The notes: a model not told the origin generated them from the sequence alone. Shown: positions 1-12,172, numbered from the stretch's first letter. The stretch: 33,044 nucleotides of DNA from Spizellomyces punctatus DAOM BR117 (GCA_000182565.2 KQ257458.1); one strand, 5' to 3'. Program-made: numbers and translations.

Positions 1-809
1 AATATTTCTCATTTTCGTATTTTAGTATTAGGATTCACGGAACGGATCGCCCAGTATCCCCCTCTGGACACCTCATCCGCACTCGAGAAACCGTATGCAC
101 GAATTGTGGGGTAATAGAGTCGCCGCTTTGGAGGAAAGGAAGGGGTGGAGTAGTGTTATGTATGTTTATGCGTTTTTGAGAAACATACGAGTGGTTTTTA
201 AATATTGTTTTTCGTTTTTGTGTCAGGTAATGCGTGTGGATTGTTTTGGAAGATGCGAGGTGGGATGCGGCCAACGGGTAAACAAGCGAGTGGATAGGGT
301 TTGGAAAACCAGACAAAAAGTAGTTGCAGATGGCAAGGCGAATATCGGTTGCTTTGTTCAAGTTGCTTTGTTGGTTTTGTTTTGCTTTGGTTGAATCTTG
401 TCCGTTGGTTGCAAGGAAGAAACGCCAGACTAAGCCTCCTTTGTGTGGGGAAACGGATTCCCTTCTTTTGATGAGGTCACCATGAAGTCTGTTCTTTTCC
501 AACGTGTTTGTTTTTTGGGTGATGATGATGATGAATGTTTACGCTTTGAGGAGTGTGAGGGTGTTGATGATGATGATGATGATGATTGGATTGTGATGAT
601 TGGTAAAAGAACAAGAGTCCTTTTTTTTGACATCACACCTTGGTCATTTTCTTTTTTTTTTATTCTTTTTGTTCATTGAAATATATAAAGGAGGCATTCG
701 ATGCCCTTTTTGCATTTTGTCTCCCTTTCTTTTGGAACAAACTCTACATACTTTGTTGAAAGCCGCTAGTTTACTACAAACCACTCGAAAAGACCAAACA
801 CACACAAAA

Positions 810-2519
810 ATGGCCATGAACACTGCATCCAACGTCCTCGAAAATTACCTCGGCGACAAACCCACTGCAACTCCCAATAAACCCACCCCAACCTCGCAAA
901 CCATGAAAGCCCTCGCCTGGTACGGCAAACACGATCTCCGTCTCATTGACACGCCCGTCCCCACAATCTCGCATCCAAAGGACGCCATTATCCGCGTCAC
1001 GGGTACAACCGTCTGCGGAAGTGACTTGCACCTCCTGCACGGGGAGATTCTCCAACTCAAAAAGGGCGATATCCTTGGACATGAGTACATGGGCATTGTG
1101 GAAGAGGTTGGAAGCCAAGTAACGAAAATTAAAAAGGGCATGAGGGTCGTCGCCGCGTTCAATATTGGGTGTGGTGAGTGTGAGTATTGTCGTAAACAGC
1201 AGTATACCGAATGTGATGCGACGAATAATTCGGCGCTGATGGAAAAAATGTATGGACAAAAGTTGGGTGGAATTTTGGGTATGTGTTCTTGCTTTGAATG
1301 GCCTTTTTCCTTCTTTCAGTCTTGTTTCATGAGTACTTATTCATTTTATATTATGTAGGATACGGTCATTTTGGAGGGTAACGTATTCTCAAATACTGCA
1401 CGTACCTATCCGGATTTCGTCTCACCCATTTTCATTTTTTTCTTTTTATTTCTAAAAACAGCGGTTTTGCAGGCGGGCAAGCCGAATACGTTCGCCAACC
1501 CTTTGCAGACGTCAACCTCCTCCCCCTCCCCTCAGACATCCCCGACGAAAAAGCTCTCTACCTCTCCGACATTGTCTGCACCGCCTACCACGCCGTCGTT
1601 GAAAGCGGTGCCCAACCCGGAGAAACAATCGGAGTATGGGGATTAGGTCCCATAGGCCTCCTCGTCGCTCAATGGCTCCGTGTCAAAAAAGTCGGACGCA
1701 TCATTGCAATTGATAATGTCCAATCTCGTATGGCGCTTGCCCGCGAGAAATGGGGAGTAGAAACAATTGATTTTGAAGAGTACCCTGATGTTGTTGGAAG
1801 GATTATGGAATTGGCTCCTAAAGGGTTGGATCGAGCCATTGATTGTGCGGCTTTTCGGTATGCAAAGAGTATGGTGCATAAAGTCCAACGGGCGATTGGG
1901 TTGGAGACGGACTCGTCCGAGATTGTCAATGAAGAGATTCGGGCGGTTAAAAAGTTTGGAACTGTTGCGTTGATTGCTGATTATGCTGGTATGCAACATG
2001 AGAACCCATTTCTTGTTATGTTCCTGAGTGCTGGATCTAATCATTGTGTATTCTGCTAAAAGCCAACACGAACGGATTCATGATTGGCGCCGTCATGGAA
2101 AAAGGTAAAGAGCAAAGGAACTGTTGTCACCCCCTTGCCGCCAACACTTGGTCTCTCGAACCCCACCGCTTACACACAACACTGCATCTGTTTAGGTATC
2201 CGCCTCATAGGCTGCGGCCAAGCCCCCGTACAACGCTACTGGCAAGAATGTCTCGACTACATCCGTTCCGGCGAGGTAAAAGTGATTCAAAATTACCCTC
2301 CCCTATCTTTTGTTTTAACACATTTTACCACCCCCTTAGTTTGACCCCACCATCATCGTAACCCACCGGTTCCCCCTCGACCAAATTGTCGAAGTCTACA
2401 ACCGATTCGACAAAAAGGAAGCAGGCATCATTAAAGTGTTTTTGCAAACACGATTTTCGGCACCGGCTTCTAAAGGCACGCCCGAGTTGAGTGATGTGCG
2501 GCAGCTAAAAGAGGAATAA
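810..2519 (+). CDS. Zn-dependent medium-chain alcohol dehydrogenase (glutathione-dependent formaldehyde dehydrogenase-like); exons 810-1278, 1359-1377, 1462-1988, 2063-2104, 2196-2275, 2340-2519; 438 aa
   Basis: Five GT-AG introns splice to a 1317-nt open frame. Motifs: TVCGSDLH, GHE, structural Zn CGECEYC..C, GGQAEY, LSDIVCT, GLGPIG Rossmann motif, C-terminal THRFPL. Confidence 0.92.
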
Positions 2520-4046
2520 GTGTAAGATGGACAAACGTTTGTATAGGGCGTGAAATGGTGTTTTGTGTACATACTTGTTTTTTCGAACGTTGGGTTCGTT
2601 AGTAAAGTTTTTTGTATACGTTTTTCATCGTTTGGATATCCACCAAAACCGTTGCATCCAGGTTCCGATGTTATCAACTGATCATTCAAAATCCTATATT
2701 TTCTCCTGCGGACAAGGTTGTCTGTCTCCCATTTTGAGCTGGAGTGACGGGATCTGCGGTGATGACGCTTGTCCAATGTCCCCCTCCCAAATTCCGTACT
2801 TCTCGGAAATACCAAATCACTGTACTATCTACAAACCATCTCCATTCCTCCATCCGAATTTAAGTTTGCAATCCAACTGTTTTCTTGTTTGTCCCCGTTC
2901 ATACCCAAAATTTCCATTGGCCACTGAATGGAGGGGGATTCCGAATGCCACAATGGTCCCATCGCAGATATGCATACAAGTAGGACACATTTACCCGTTT
3001 CTCACCTTGTTCCAACACACAAGAATGACAAACGCTTGCCCGTTCCCCACCTTGTTCCCGCAACAATGCTCTTGGAGCCTGTCATCTCTATCGTCGGTCA
3101 CCGTGCTGTAGCAATAACCATTTAATTAAAGCCAGGTGCCAAAACCAGGAACCACAACCCCCAAAAAAAACCCCTAGTCAAGGGCCAACCAACAACTGAT
3201 CCATGTGGCCCGGGCACCCTTTCATATGTTGCTTTAGGCGCCCTGTGTACAGACGCAGTATATGGTACCTGTCTTGTTATTGGGACTGTCACTAGTTCAA
3301 CCTCCCCGACAAAGGCAATCACTTCACGAACGCATCTCAAGCAAGCTAAAAACAAAACACAATAACACGTCAATCCCCGGTTCATCCCCCACTACAAAAA
3401 AAAAACGTCCCCGTAAACCTTCTTCACTCGCCATCCTAAAAAGATCAACCCTTTCAATCCCATGTCACATCATGAATCATCTGCACCAGTCCATTTCAAA
3501 TCCTCTCTACTCTACAGCATTGACGAAAGGGGTGTGCATATCTCAAACCCCGTTTAACACATCGTCACGACTCTGACTCAATTCAAGCTCCGGTCCCAAC
3601 ATGTTAACAACATGCCTTCTGTTAACATGCATCGGTGAAGGACTGGTTGGAAATCTAAAGTTCTTTGATGAGTTGGGACCGGAGCTTTGAATTGCGTCAG
3701 AGTCGTTGCTACCATGCGAGGCACTAGAGAGTTTTTTGTTAACATCTTCCCCAGCAATGTTGAATAGGGAACGAGAGCGTTGTTAGTTGGCTTTAGACGT
3801 TTATTCTGGGGAGTAGATCCCGGATTTTTGTCACCAGAATACTGAACATGTTCACTACAGGCAGACATCATTTGTAGAAAATACAATAAAAACATCTTGC
3901 CTGCTGACAATGTGCATAAAAGGACGACGAGCAGGTAACGTTCCTCCTTTCATTCACCATCTTCTCTTTGGGTATTGTAAACCTCGCCAAACATTCAACA
4001 AAAAAAAAGCAAAACCCAAACCAAAAAAAACCAGCGACCCCAAGAA

Positions 4047-4337
4047 ATGACCTGCTTTTCGCGCATCTACGCAATCTTGTTCGTCGTTCTCGCCTTGCTA
4101 GGCGTATCAGCTCTGGCCGCTCCATTCCCTCAAAATGCAGCACCGAGACCCAGAGCCGTTAAAATCGTTCCCGGGCCCATCAAATTTCCAAGCCCGCCAG
4201 CCATCCCCAAAACGAACTTACCAAAAGGCGAGAGAGTTCCCGTTAAAGATAACAAATATCCGAGCCCGCCTCCTAACGTTGGCGGAGGGGATAACGTTAC
4301 TCCTACCCGACCCGGCGGCGGTGATCCGAAAAAATGA
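4047..4337 (+). CDS. Small secreted proline-rich protein (96 aa)
   Basis: Signal peptide (RIYAILFVVLALLGVSALA-AP) followed by a Pro/Lys/Gly-rich mature part. Flanks are A-rich and UTR-like. Confidence 0.7.
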   Translation: MTCFSRIYAILFVVLALLGVSALAAPFPQNAAPRPRAVKIVPGPIKFPSPPAIPKTNLPKGERVPVKDNKYPSPPPNVGGGDNVTPTRPGGGDPKK

Positions 4338-4944
4338 TCAATGTGCCATGTCGAAACGTTGGTGAATTCGTGTATGGACTGGCTTGTATATAAAACAAAA
4401 AAAGAAAAAAATGTGTACATAGTGGAAGTAGGTAAAAGGCCATTAAGCGTTCGGCAACGATGGAGGAAACTTGTATGGAAATTCGAAATGGACTGGCTTG
4501 TACATACAATATAAAAATAAAAAAAAAAGTTTTGGGTGAGCGGAGATGCTGGATTTCTGTCATTTACATTGACTGAAGGAAGTCCAACCATTGGAAATAC
4601 CTCGGGGACCTCTAAAACCTCTTTTGAAATATTCTTGTGATGAAAGCCTTTTTTTTTTTTTGGTGCCGAATGATAGTCGGAATTAAGAAACTGGGTTTCA
4701 AAACGTATTTTGAGAATGGGGAGTATTTCACCAAAGATGGGGACCAAAAAACCAAACATTTTGGAGATACCATAAACTGCATAGTGCGGAGCCGATGGGT
4801 ATTGGCACTAGTACATAGATTCCAACCAATTTAATCATAATTTTACTCGATTTAGACTCATGAACTATGGTTTGATCCAAAAAATCCTATATAAGTTGTC
4901 GTGCCCATTTTCCCAGGCTTTCATCTTTTTCCACAGATATCATC

Positions 4945-5859
4945 ATGCCACCAAAAAAGAAGCAAAAGCTTGAAAACCCTACCTTACATACCTGCAACAA
5001 GACTTCCTTTGCAAAAGCTTTCCTGCCAAACGACATCTACCGCCAACGGCTTTTAGATTACACTGCCATCATCCATCAACTTGCTGACCATGCTTCCCAC
5101 GCTCTCAAATTCTACATCCTATCTGCACCATCCTTTCCCACGGTAGATCAAGATACAATCGAAGCGATTCTCTATCTTCTCAACAAAGGAGAGGCTTGGC
5201 AACCAAAAGCTGATGCGAAAAAGGCATTGCGCAAATCCTTGTTGCTGTATGTCCAACAGTACTGCCACATTGTCGGCTTCGTTCATCCAAATCTACAAAA
5301 AGAGCAGCAATCAGTCAATTACCTGACAGCGAGTATGATGACGAACCTGAAAGTCAACGTTCAAGAGCATTTCATGCAGATGCTCCTTCGGTATATCAAT
5401 CTGCGGCTCGATGTGAAGGGACAGAAGCAGCGACTGCCACTGAAAAGCGATGCACGGAAAGCTTTCTTTACTCGGCTATGCTACTTAAAGTCAATTTTCC
5501 TTTTTGATATCGTGCCCAAGTCACTTGATGACTTGACCGCTGAAGAGAGTGAGCTTCTAGAAGAGATGTGGTCCTTCATTCCCCTTTCCGACCAGCCGCT
5601 CGCATATTCAGTTGCTGTTGACCCTCTCGCTTTCTTTCCTGCTTACTGCAAACTCTCTGTGCTGTATGAACGACATGGCTTCCATCGGTTCAGTGCAATA
5701 CCTCTTCGTCGGTCTCTGATTCAGTCCCATATTTGCATCGACACGGTCATCCTGTACCAGCATATCCTTTGCATCATGCGACGGGAAGTGGAAACTGTTG
5801 AAAAGGTCAACTTATGGTTGCGCATCTGTAATCTGCGGAACAAGGCTTTTAGATCTCAT
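4945..5859 (+). pseudogene. Fanzor1 (eukaryotic TnpB-like RNA-guided nuclease), N-terminal half, interrupted by LTR insertion
   Basis: N-terminal NLS MPPKKKQK. Segments MMTNLKVNVQEHF..LLRYIN, FSAIPLRRSLIQSHI(C)IDT and LW..ICNL..KAF resemble Fanzor1 REC/WED regions from memory of the family. The frame is cut where the LTR TG begins (5860), and no RuvC motifs are in the window. TATA box at ~4888. Confidence 0.65.
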
Positions 5860-6432
5860 TGTAACGGATTTTTTGTTGGTAGACTATGGTAAAGACAACT
5901 TGGGTCTCCTAGCAGGTTGTGTGGGTGTCCGTACTAGGAATCGTAGTCTCCAAATCCTTTCTTTGGGCGTCAGTAGCGACTTGAGGGTGAGAGGCAAGGA
6001 GAGTCGGTTAGTTGTGAACCGAGCAGGATTTAGAGGCTTCAGTGTGGGTGATCAGGCCGTTGAAGCGCTCTGTTAGGTTCCTGTTAACCTAGGATTGGGG
6101 TTGAGAAGCTAGTTGTGGGGATTTTTTTGTTGCTACGGCTTCTGGCCGCCGACTTATTTTATTGAATTCCTCTTTTTATACAAGAATATGCTACAGTAAC
6201 GTCTACACTAGTTTCTGTAGCCTTCATTAGGGTGGCGGTGTCCAATCTTCCCATCTCGGACCATCGCCATGATCGATCATGGCTGCGTAACGTATCCTTC
6301 ACGCTGCACTGGTGTAGCCCAGAACCGAGCTTGATCTTAGGGGTTTCGAAGCTTAGGTTACAATTGCGGAAACCTCAATCATGGTCACCTGATGCCTTTG
6401 AGCGAACCAGTTTATCAGAGTCGTTCGCTACA
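5860..6432 (-). repeat. 3' LTR of the Gypsy element (573 bp)
   Basis: Ends TGTAACGGA...TTCGCTACA (TG..CA imperfect inverted termini) and abuts the PPT. Minus-strand TATAAAAA at 6173-6180 and AATAAA at 6158-6163. Predicted TSD is CTCAT (5855-5859). The partner LTR is not in the window. Confidence 0.82.
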
Positions 6433-6442
6433 TCCCCCCTTC
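6433..6442 (-). promoter_or_regulatory. Polypurine tract
   Basis: Minus strand reads GAAGGGGGGA immediately before the TGTAGC LTR start. Confidence 0.85.
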
Positions 6443-6489
6443 GAAAAAGAAGGTTCGGCGACTCGTCTGTGAGTGCCCGAACCTCGCTT

Positions 6490-9400
6490 CTACCATGACG
6501 CAACTGGATAGTCGTTGTCAGCTTCAAGGCTGTCTTTGTTGATCGTCCAGATTATGGTAGCGTGCCCCATGACGTTCGCGCAGAACCAAATTTGGTCAGT
6601 GGCTTCCGGAGCCGGGGTTCCAGGTGTCCTGGAACTGTTGGGTCAGGTTACATAGAGGGCTGTGAACGTCTCTGCGGCCCTTTTCAAGTTAACCACTCGA
6701 AAGTGGTAATAGGCGTGCTCCCGATGCTTGGGACAGAGCTGCTCTTCTGTGGTTTCAGCTGCATTGGCTAGCTTTAACAACACTGCTCTCGCGGCTTCGA
6801 TGGCTATGTCCGCGAAATCGTGGGCCTCGTGATCAGGCCAGAGGGTGAAGCGGGCCATTTTGGGGTTTCCGGCCGCATGTTGAGGGACCCCAGCATCAAG
6901 CCAGGCAGCGCAGGGTATGTCCCGTAATCTCTTGCCTATCTTTTTTGCATCGGCGACAATACCGACAGCAGCTTGACCGCCGTTGGAAGCCCTACTGTAG
7001 GGCTCCGTGATATGCATCATGAGGGGCTGGCTCATGGCGTAAGGCTTCGAAGCCCCGTCAACCACCCAATCTTCACCACAATAGTGTTCAAGGGTTTTGT
7101 TTGGGTCTTCATACAACTCACGAATCCAAACTTCGACCCAGGTGGCCATGGCTGCTCCGAGCCGCTCGATAGAGTTCTCGGCAGCGAAGGCGTCGCTTAC
7201 TTCTGACCAGGGATAGCCTTCCTCAAGGGTAGAGAGGATGCTGACTCCTTGTTGTCCTCGGATATCAGTGGTCATGGTGTTGGAAATGAAAGCTTTTGTT
7301 TCGGTGTCGATAGAAAGGGTTTGCGAAGCAGAGTGAGTGTGTAAGGGAAGTAGTTCGTTGGTAGTTGAAGAAGAAAAATGAGGGGGGGCGAGCAGGGGCG
7401 CCCTTTTAAGGTCGTCGCCGGCTGATTTTGACAGCTCGGACGCGCGTAAGCGTGATCGGGAGGCTTGGTGTGGCGTTCTCGACTGGTGAGGTAAGCCACG
7501 CGAAACTGGTTTTCTTTCTGGTGAGAGGGCATGATTATCATGTGAGCTATCGTCCGGATAAACTGCGAAGCATTGGTGGTCGGAAGCGTAAGCCATATCT
7601 TCCGGGGCGTCGCCTGCAAGGCTGACTACTGAAGAGTCATCTACTAGTGTGCTAGTGGGGGCTCTGGATCTCCAGTACTCTTCTAAGGCTTCGGAAGCCT
7701 CTGTTAGGGCTTCCTCTGGTTCCCAGGTATCCTCATGGGGTGGGTATCCGGACCAACGTATTCGAAATTGACATTTTCCGCGCCTGGTTCGATGGTCTAC
7801 TATTGCTTCCACTTCAAACTCGCCCTCTGAAGCGTTGGAATCCTCCGCTTGTGCTTCCGCGACCTTTTCCTCAGTTTTGGCGTCGACAGGCTTCTGGTAC
7901 GGATGTAATTTCGATATGTGAAACCATGGATGAAGTCGTCTCATCTTGTCTGGCAGTTTTAACTCGTAGTTGTCACGGAGAGGGTTACAGTCGGTCACCG
8001 TGACTGGTCCCAGCCATTTCGGAGTGATCTTGGACTCATACCCTGCTAGGTTTTTTGTGCTCAGAAGCACCTTATCTCCTCTCTGGAACTCCAAATGTCG
8101 TCGCGATAAATCATAATATCTTTTCTGCGAATCCTGGGCTTTGATCATCAGATCTTGGATAAGGATGTTTAGGTCGCCGAGGTGTTTACAGAGCTCTTCC
8201 GCATCTGCATTTCTGGTTTCTGACGGCCTTTCGACGATATCCGCCAGTGGATTGTGGGGCTCATAGCCTAGGTCCATTCTGAATCGCGTCATTTTTGTCG
8301 CCTCATGTACCATATTGTTGATAATGAATTCCGCAACCAGAAGAAAGGTGTCCCAGTCGTCTAATCGGGTGTTGACCATTGTGGTAAGGACCTGCAAGAC
8401 CGTTGCGTTGTCTCTCTCTGATTGTCCATCACCTTGAGGGTGGTAGGCTGTGGTGAGCTCTTGATTAATCTTTAGGTTTTTGCAGACCTCCTGCCAAAAT
8501 CGACTCGTAAACTTGGGGTCGTGGTCCGAGATAATAGTCTCCGGAATGCCGTGCAATGGGACGTAGCATTCTATAAAGAGTTCCGCGACCTGAATAGCTG
8601 TCGCAGTGCTCTTGAGGGGCCATACGTGGATCCTCTTTGAGCATTTACATGCTATTAGCCAAAAGGCGTCGTACCCTCTGGAAGTAAGTGGGAGCTTGGT
8701 TACGAAGTCAGTCGTGATGACTGTCCAGCATCCTGGAGCTGGTGGTATGGGTTTCAGCAACCCCGGAATCAGTTGCGGTACCCTTTTTGAGCGTTGACAG
8801 ATTTCACATCCTGCGCAGTGTTTTCTGAAATCTTGTGCCATCTTTGGCCACCAGACTTGCGCTGCGGCTCTGGCATAGGTTCTTTCGAATCCGAAGTGTC
8901 CTCCCCCCTCGTGAAAAAGCTTGCGCACCTTGGGGGTGCAAGCAGGGGGCACGTAGAGGCGCCAAAGGTCTTTGGAGACTGAAAAACGGTGCCACAGCAG
9001 GTTATCTGCACGTTGCCAGTCCTGAAGAAAGCGTGTGTCGGCTGTAGTGTAGGTGTCGGGGCTGGTCTCCCATAGGAGCGTGCGGGCCTGTTGGGCTATG
9101 GGGTGGAGCTGGCCGGTGAGGCCAGTGCAGATGGCGGCAATGAGTGCAGGCTGTAATGCCAGACGGAAGGCGGCATCTGCCAGTGTCAAGGAAGGTGCGA
9201 GAGCCGCTGGTGTGGTGCGCAGCCGTCATCTTCCGCGTTCCGCCACCCATATTTGGGTCGCGCTGGAGCAGAGGAGGGTTTCTGCTCCTAGTAGCCGTGA
9301 AAGTGTATCAGCGACAATGTGAAAACGTCCTGGTTTGTGAACGATTGTCATCCATTCAGACCAGTAACTAAGATCGAGGGCCCAGCGGAGAAGCTTACGG

Positions 9401-11827
9401 TTCTCACCTTTGTATTTAGCGAGCCACAAAAGAGCTCGGTGATCGGTAATGACCATGAAAGGCAGGCCTTCGAGGTATGGGCGGAGTTTTCTGAGGCCCC
9501 AAATGAGGCATCCGGCCTCGAGTTCGACAGGGGGGGCCTTCTTTTCCGAGGTGGTGGTGCCTCAGGAATGGTAGCACAGCGGGCGTTTAGAAGCATCCGG
9601 CTGTAACTGTTCGAGCATGACATTAAACACTGTGTAGGAAGCATCACTGTGAAGGGTGTAGGGGAACCCTTTTCTGGGTGCCGCAAGCACTGGAGCTGTT
9701 GTCAGAGCCTGCTTGGCGGCTGTGAAGGCAGAGTTTCGGGAATCGGTCCATGAAACTTCATGCTTCGCGATAAATCTGCACAGACCTTGGTCGGGGCACT
9801 TGCGAGCAAGGCGTCTGACACAAAAGGGGTCAATGGGCAAGTCCACCAACGATGATTGGCATAGATTGACCGCCGGTAGGTCTGAGGAGCTAGATTTCGG
9901 ATGTTGCGAAACCTCAAATCGGACTCCAGTGGCTGTGATTGTAGGGGCCACCGCCGTGTCGAGCATGGATGGTGAATTGAGCTTTTCAGCGCCTTTCTTT
10001 GGGTCAGCACGACCCTTTTTAAGGTCTCGGTATTCGCGAATGCCCTCTTGGATAGCGTCTTGCAGGGGTCGGATGAGTTCCGCGTAGCGGGGGATGAATT
10101 GGGCATAGAACCCTAGGAGACCCACGAAGGACCATAGGTCACCTATGAATTTGGGTCGTGGCCAATCGACTATGGTTGCGACCTTGTCTGGATCAGTAGC
10201 GAGACCCTGAGAGGAGGCAACGAAACCGAGAGCCATGAGCTGGTGAAAGAGCCATTGACACTTGTCGAGTCTTAGGGTGAGTTTGGCTCTGGAAAAGCAG
10301 TCGAGCCAGTCCGCGATGGCGTCTAGGGCTTCCGCGGCTGTCTCCACTCGTGTGTGGATATCGTCGACGAAGTTGTTGATATTTCACCATTTGGAGGGAC
10401 CCAAGGTGTCGTCCATCACCCGACAGAAGTGCGAAGGGGCAGTCTTGGGTCCGAAGGGCATAAAGAGTGGTTCGTAGATGCCGTCATGGAGTCTGATCGC
10501 GAGCCATTTGCGTACCGACGCATCGGTGATGGCGATTTGGTAAAATCCTTTGTTTGCGTCACCTCCCGATATGTATCGGAATGGGACTGTGATGATCCAG
10601 TTCAGGATGTCGAGCATGATGGGAAAGGGATATGGGTCCCAGGCCATGCAGTCATTGGCTCGGCGATAGTCGAAGGCTACCCGCAGGGGTTTGTCTGTGT
10701 AGCGAATGATAACAGGATCGCTGGCAAAGGTTACTTCGGTGGTTCGTTTCCACCTCTGAAGCCCCATCATGGTGTCTCGCTCCGTCTCAAGGGCTGTCCG
10801 CTCCAACGGAGAGTACGACCGTGGCCTCGAAAGGGGTGGCGGAGCCAAGATAAATCGAGGCACATAAGGAATCTTGGTGTAGTTCCCTATGAGATGACCC
10901 TCATAGCTGAAGGCTTGATGGAAGTGTCATAGAATGTTGATTAGGGCCCAGACCACGGGTTTGGGTCGCTTGAGATCGATGTGGAAACGTTCTGTGTCTT
11001 TTAATTGGGCTTCGAAGGCCCCTGGAGCCCTCTCCGTAGAGTCGAGGTTCCATTTGTTCTGAAGTGTCTGCCATTCTTCTTTGGAAATGTTCTCTTCGGG
11101 GTCCGCAACCGAATTATGGGTCGCGGTGGACAGTTTGAGGCCTAACGGGGCCGTTGAGCTAGCAGCGGTGGCCTCAAGAGGGTTTTCGATGAGAAAAGTT
11201 TGGGCTGCCACGCGCATCTGTCCCGTGATTAACATGGTTAATCTAGACTTCTGAGCTTTGGCTTTGGTCAGCCGTGGCATTGACACATCCTTCATGAATT
11301 CACCCTGCTTGGTCTTGTATGGCATGCCGCGCATGTGATCGGTGTCCAGCTCATCCGTTATGGAGCAAGGGATAAGGATGTCCGGATTCTTGAGCATCAC
11401 CGCGAAACTGGGTAACGGGGGTTCCTGAACCAAGGTTTGGAGTTTCAAATGTCCCAGAACATCGTTGGCTAGGATGATGAGAGGTTTCCCGTATGCAATG
11501 ACTCGGAAATAGGCACGGAAAGTCAGGTATTCTCCTCTGCGGCCTCTGAGGGAAGTTTCGAGGCATACTGTCTTGGTAGATGAGATACGTCCACCAATGC
11601 CTTTGAAAGCCATCGTTTCTGCATCCTGCAAATTGGTTTCGGAGAACAGAAGGCCCTGGTACGTGTCGGAAACCAGAGACTCGCAGGCTCCTGTGTCTAG
11701 TACCACAGGTGCCCAGAGCTGAGCGATGACGGCTAGCGTCCAGCAAGGCTGTGTTTGGGTCTTGGTCTGGCTTTTGAGTACATTGCCTAAATCTACCGAC
11801 TAGAAGGCGTTGATGGAAGGCACCGCA
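6490..11827 (-). pseudogene. pol: Gypsy pol polyprotein (protease, RT, RNase H, integrase, chromodomain, long C-terminal extension); one frame with 5 internal TGA and 1 TAG
   Basis: Motifs: LDTGA (PR); MPFGPKTAP and FVDD (RT); SDAS, ELE, TDH, ADTLSR (RH); H..GH..C..C, TDFV, SD(H)D, ERDN (IN); chromodomain at 7672-7818. The ORF-track pieces 10927-11706, 10384-10863, 9562-10347, 9226-9456 and 6643-9189 share one frame, which stays open to a TAG at 6490-6492. Confidence 0.92.
11822..11827 (+). repeat. 6-bp target site duplication ACCGCA (left copy)
   Basis: Identical hexamer flanks the right TIR at 32682-32687. Confidence 0.93.
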
Positions 11828-12172
11828 ACTACAAAGTGAGGCACTTTGAGACAATTTCATCAAAAATATTCCCAGGAAGAAAGTGCCACAGGATAAAACC
11901 AATGGTAAAAATTGGAAGCTTATGGAAAGTAAAAAATTATGTAGAGACATGTAGGGATGAGAAATGTCCCCATTTTCCTAGCAAGATTGCAAAAAGAATA
12001 GAAATATCCACATGTTTAAATGGCAACATTGGTTTCCTTGTTTACACAAAAATCCACAGAAGATGTAGGCAACTCAGGCGTCAGAACTCATCCCATCTCA
12101 ACATTACCTTCGAGGCATACCATGCTCTGGAAACATTCTCTTCCCTACATCCCTGACGGCATCTTCCGCCGC
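11828..12172 (+). repeat. Left terminal inverted repeat (345 bp)
   Basis: Reverse complement of 32337-32681. One mismatch seen (12080 vs 32429, in a CpG). Confidence 0.95.

Noticed and set aside
35-680. ORFs around the (GAT)n microsatellites (about 520-586)
   Set aside because: Low-complexity sequence. I could not build a supported gene model.
3600-3629. Inverted repeat CATGTTAACA-n10-TGTTAACATG
   Set aside because: An isolated 10-bp stem with no TSD, partner or associated gene.
5860-5892. C-terminal CNGFFVGRLW of the 315-aa ORF
   Set aside because: It is read-through into LTR sequence, not part of the original protein.
11836-12156. 106-aa ORF duplicated at 32353-32811, and 11351-11950 / 32559-32909
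   Set aside because: These are by-products of the TIR sequence with non-ATG starts; several cross the element boundary.
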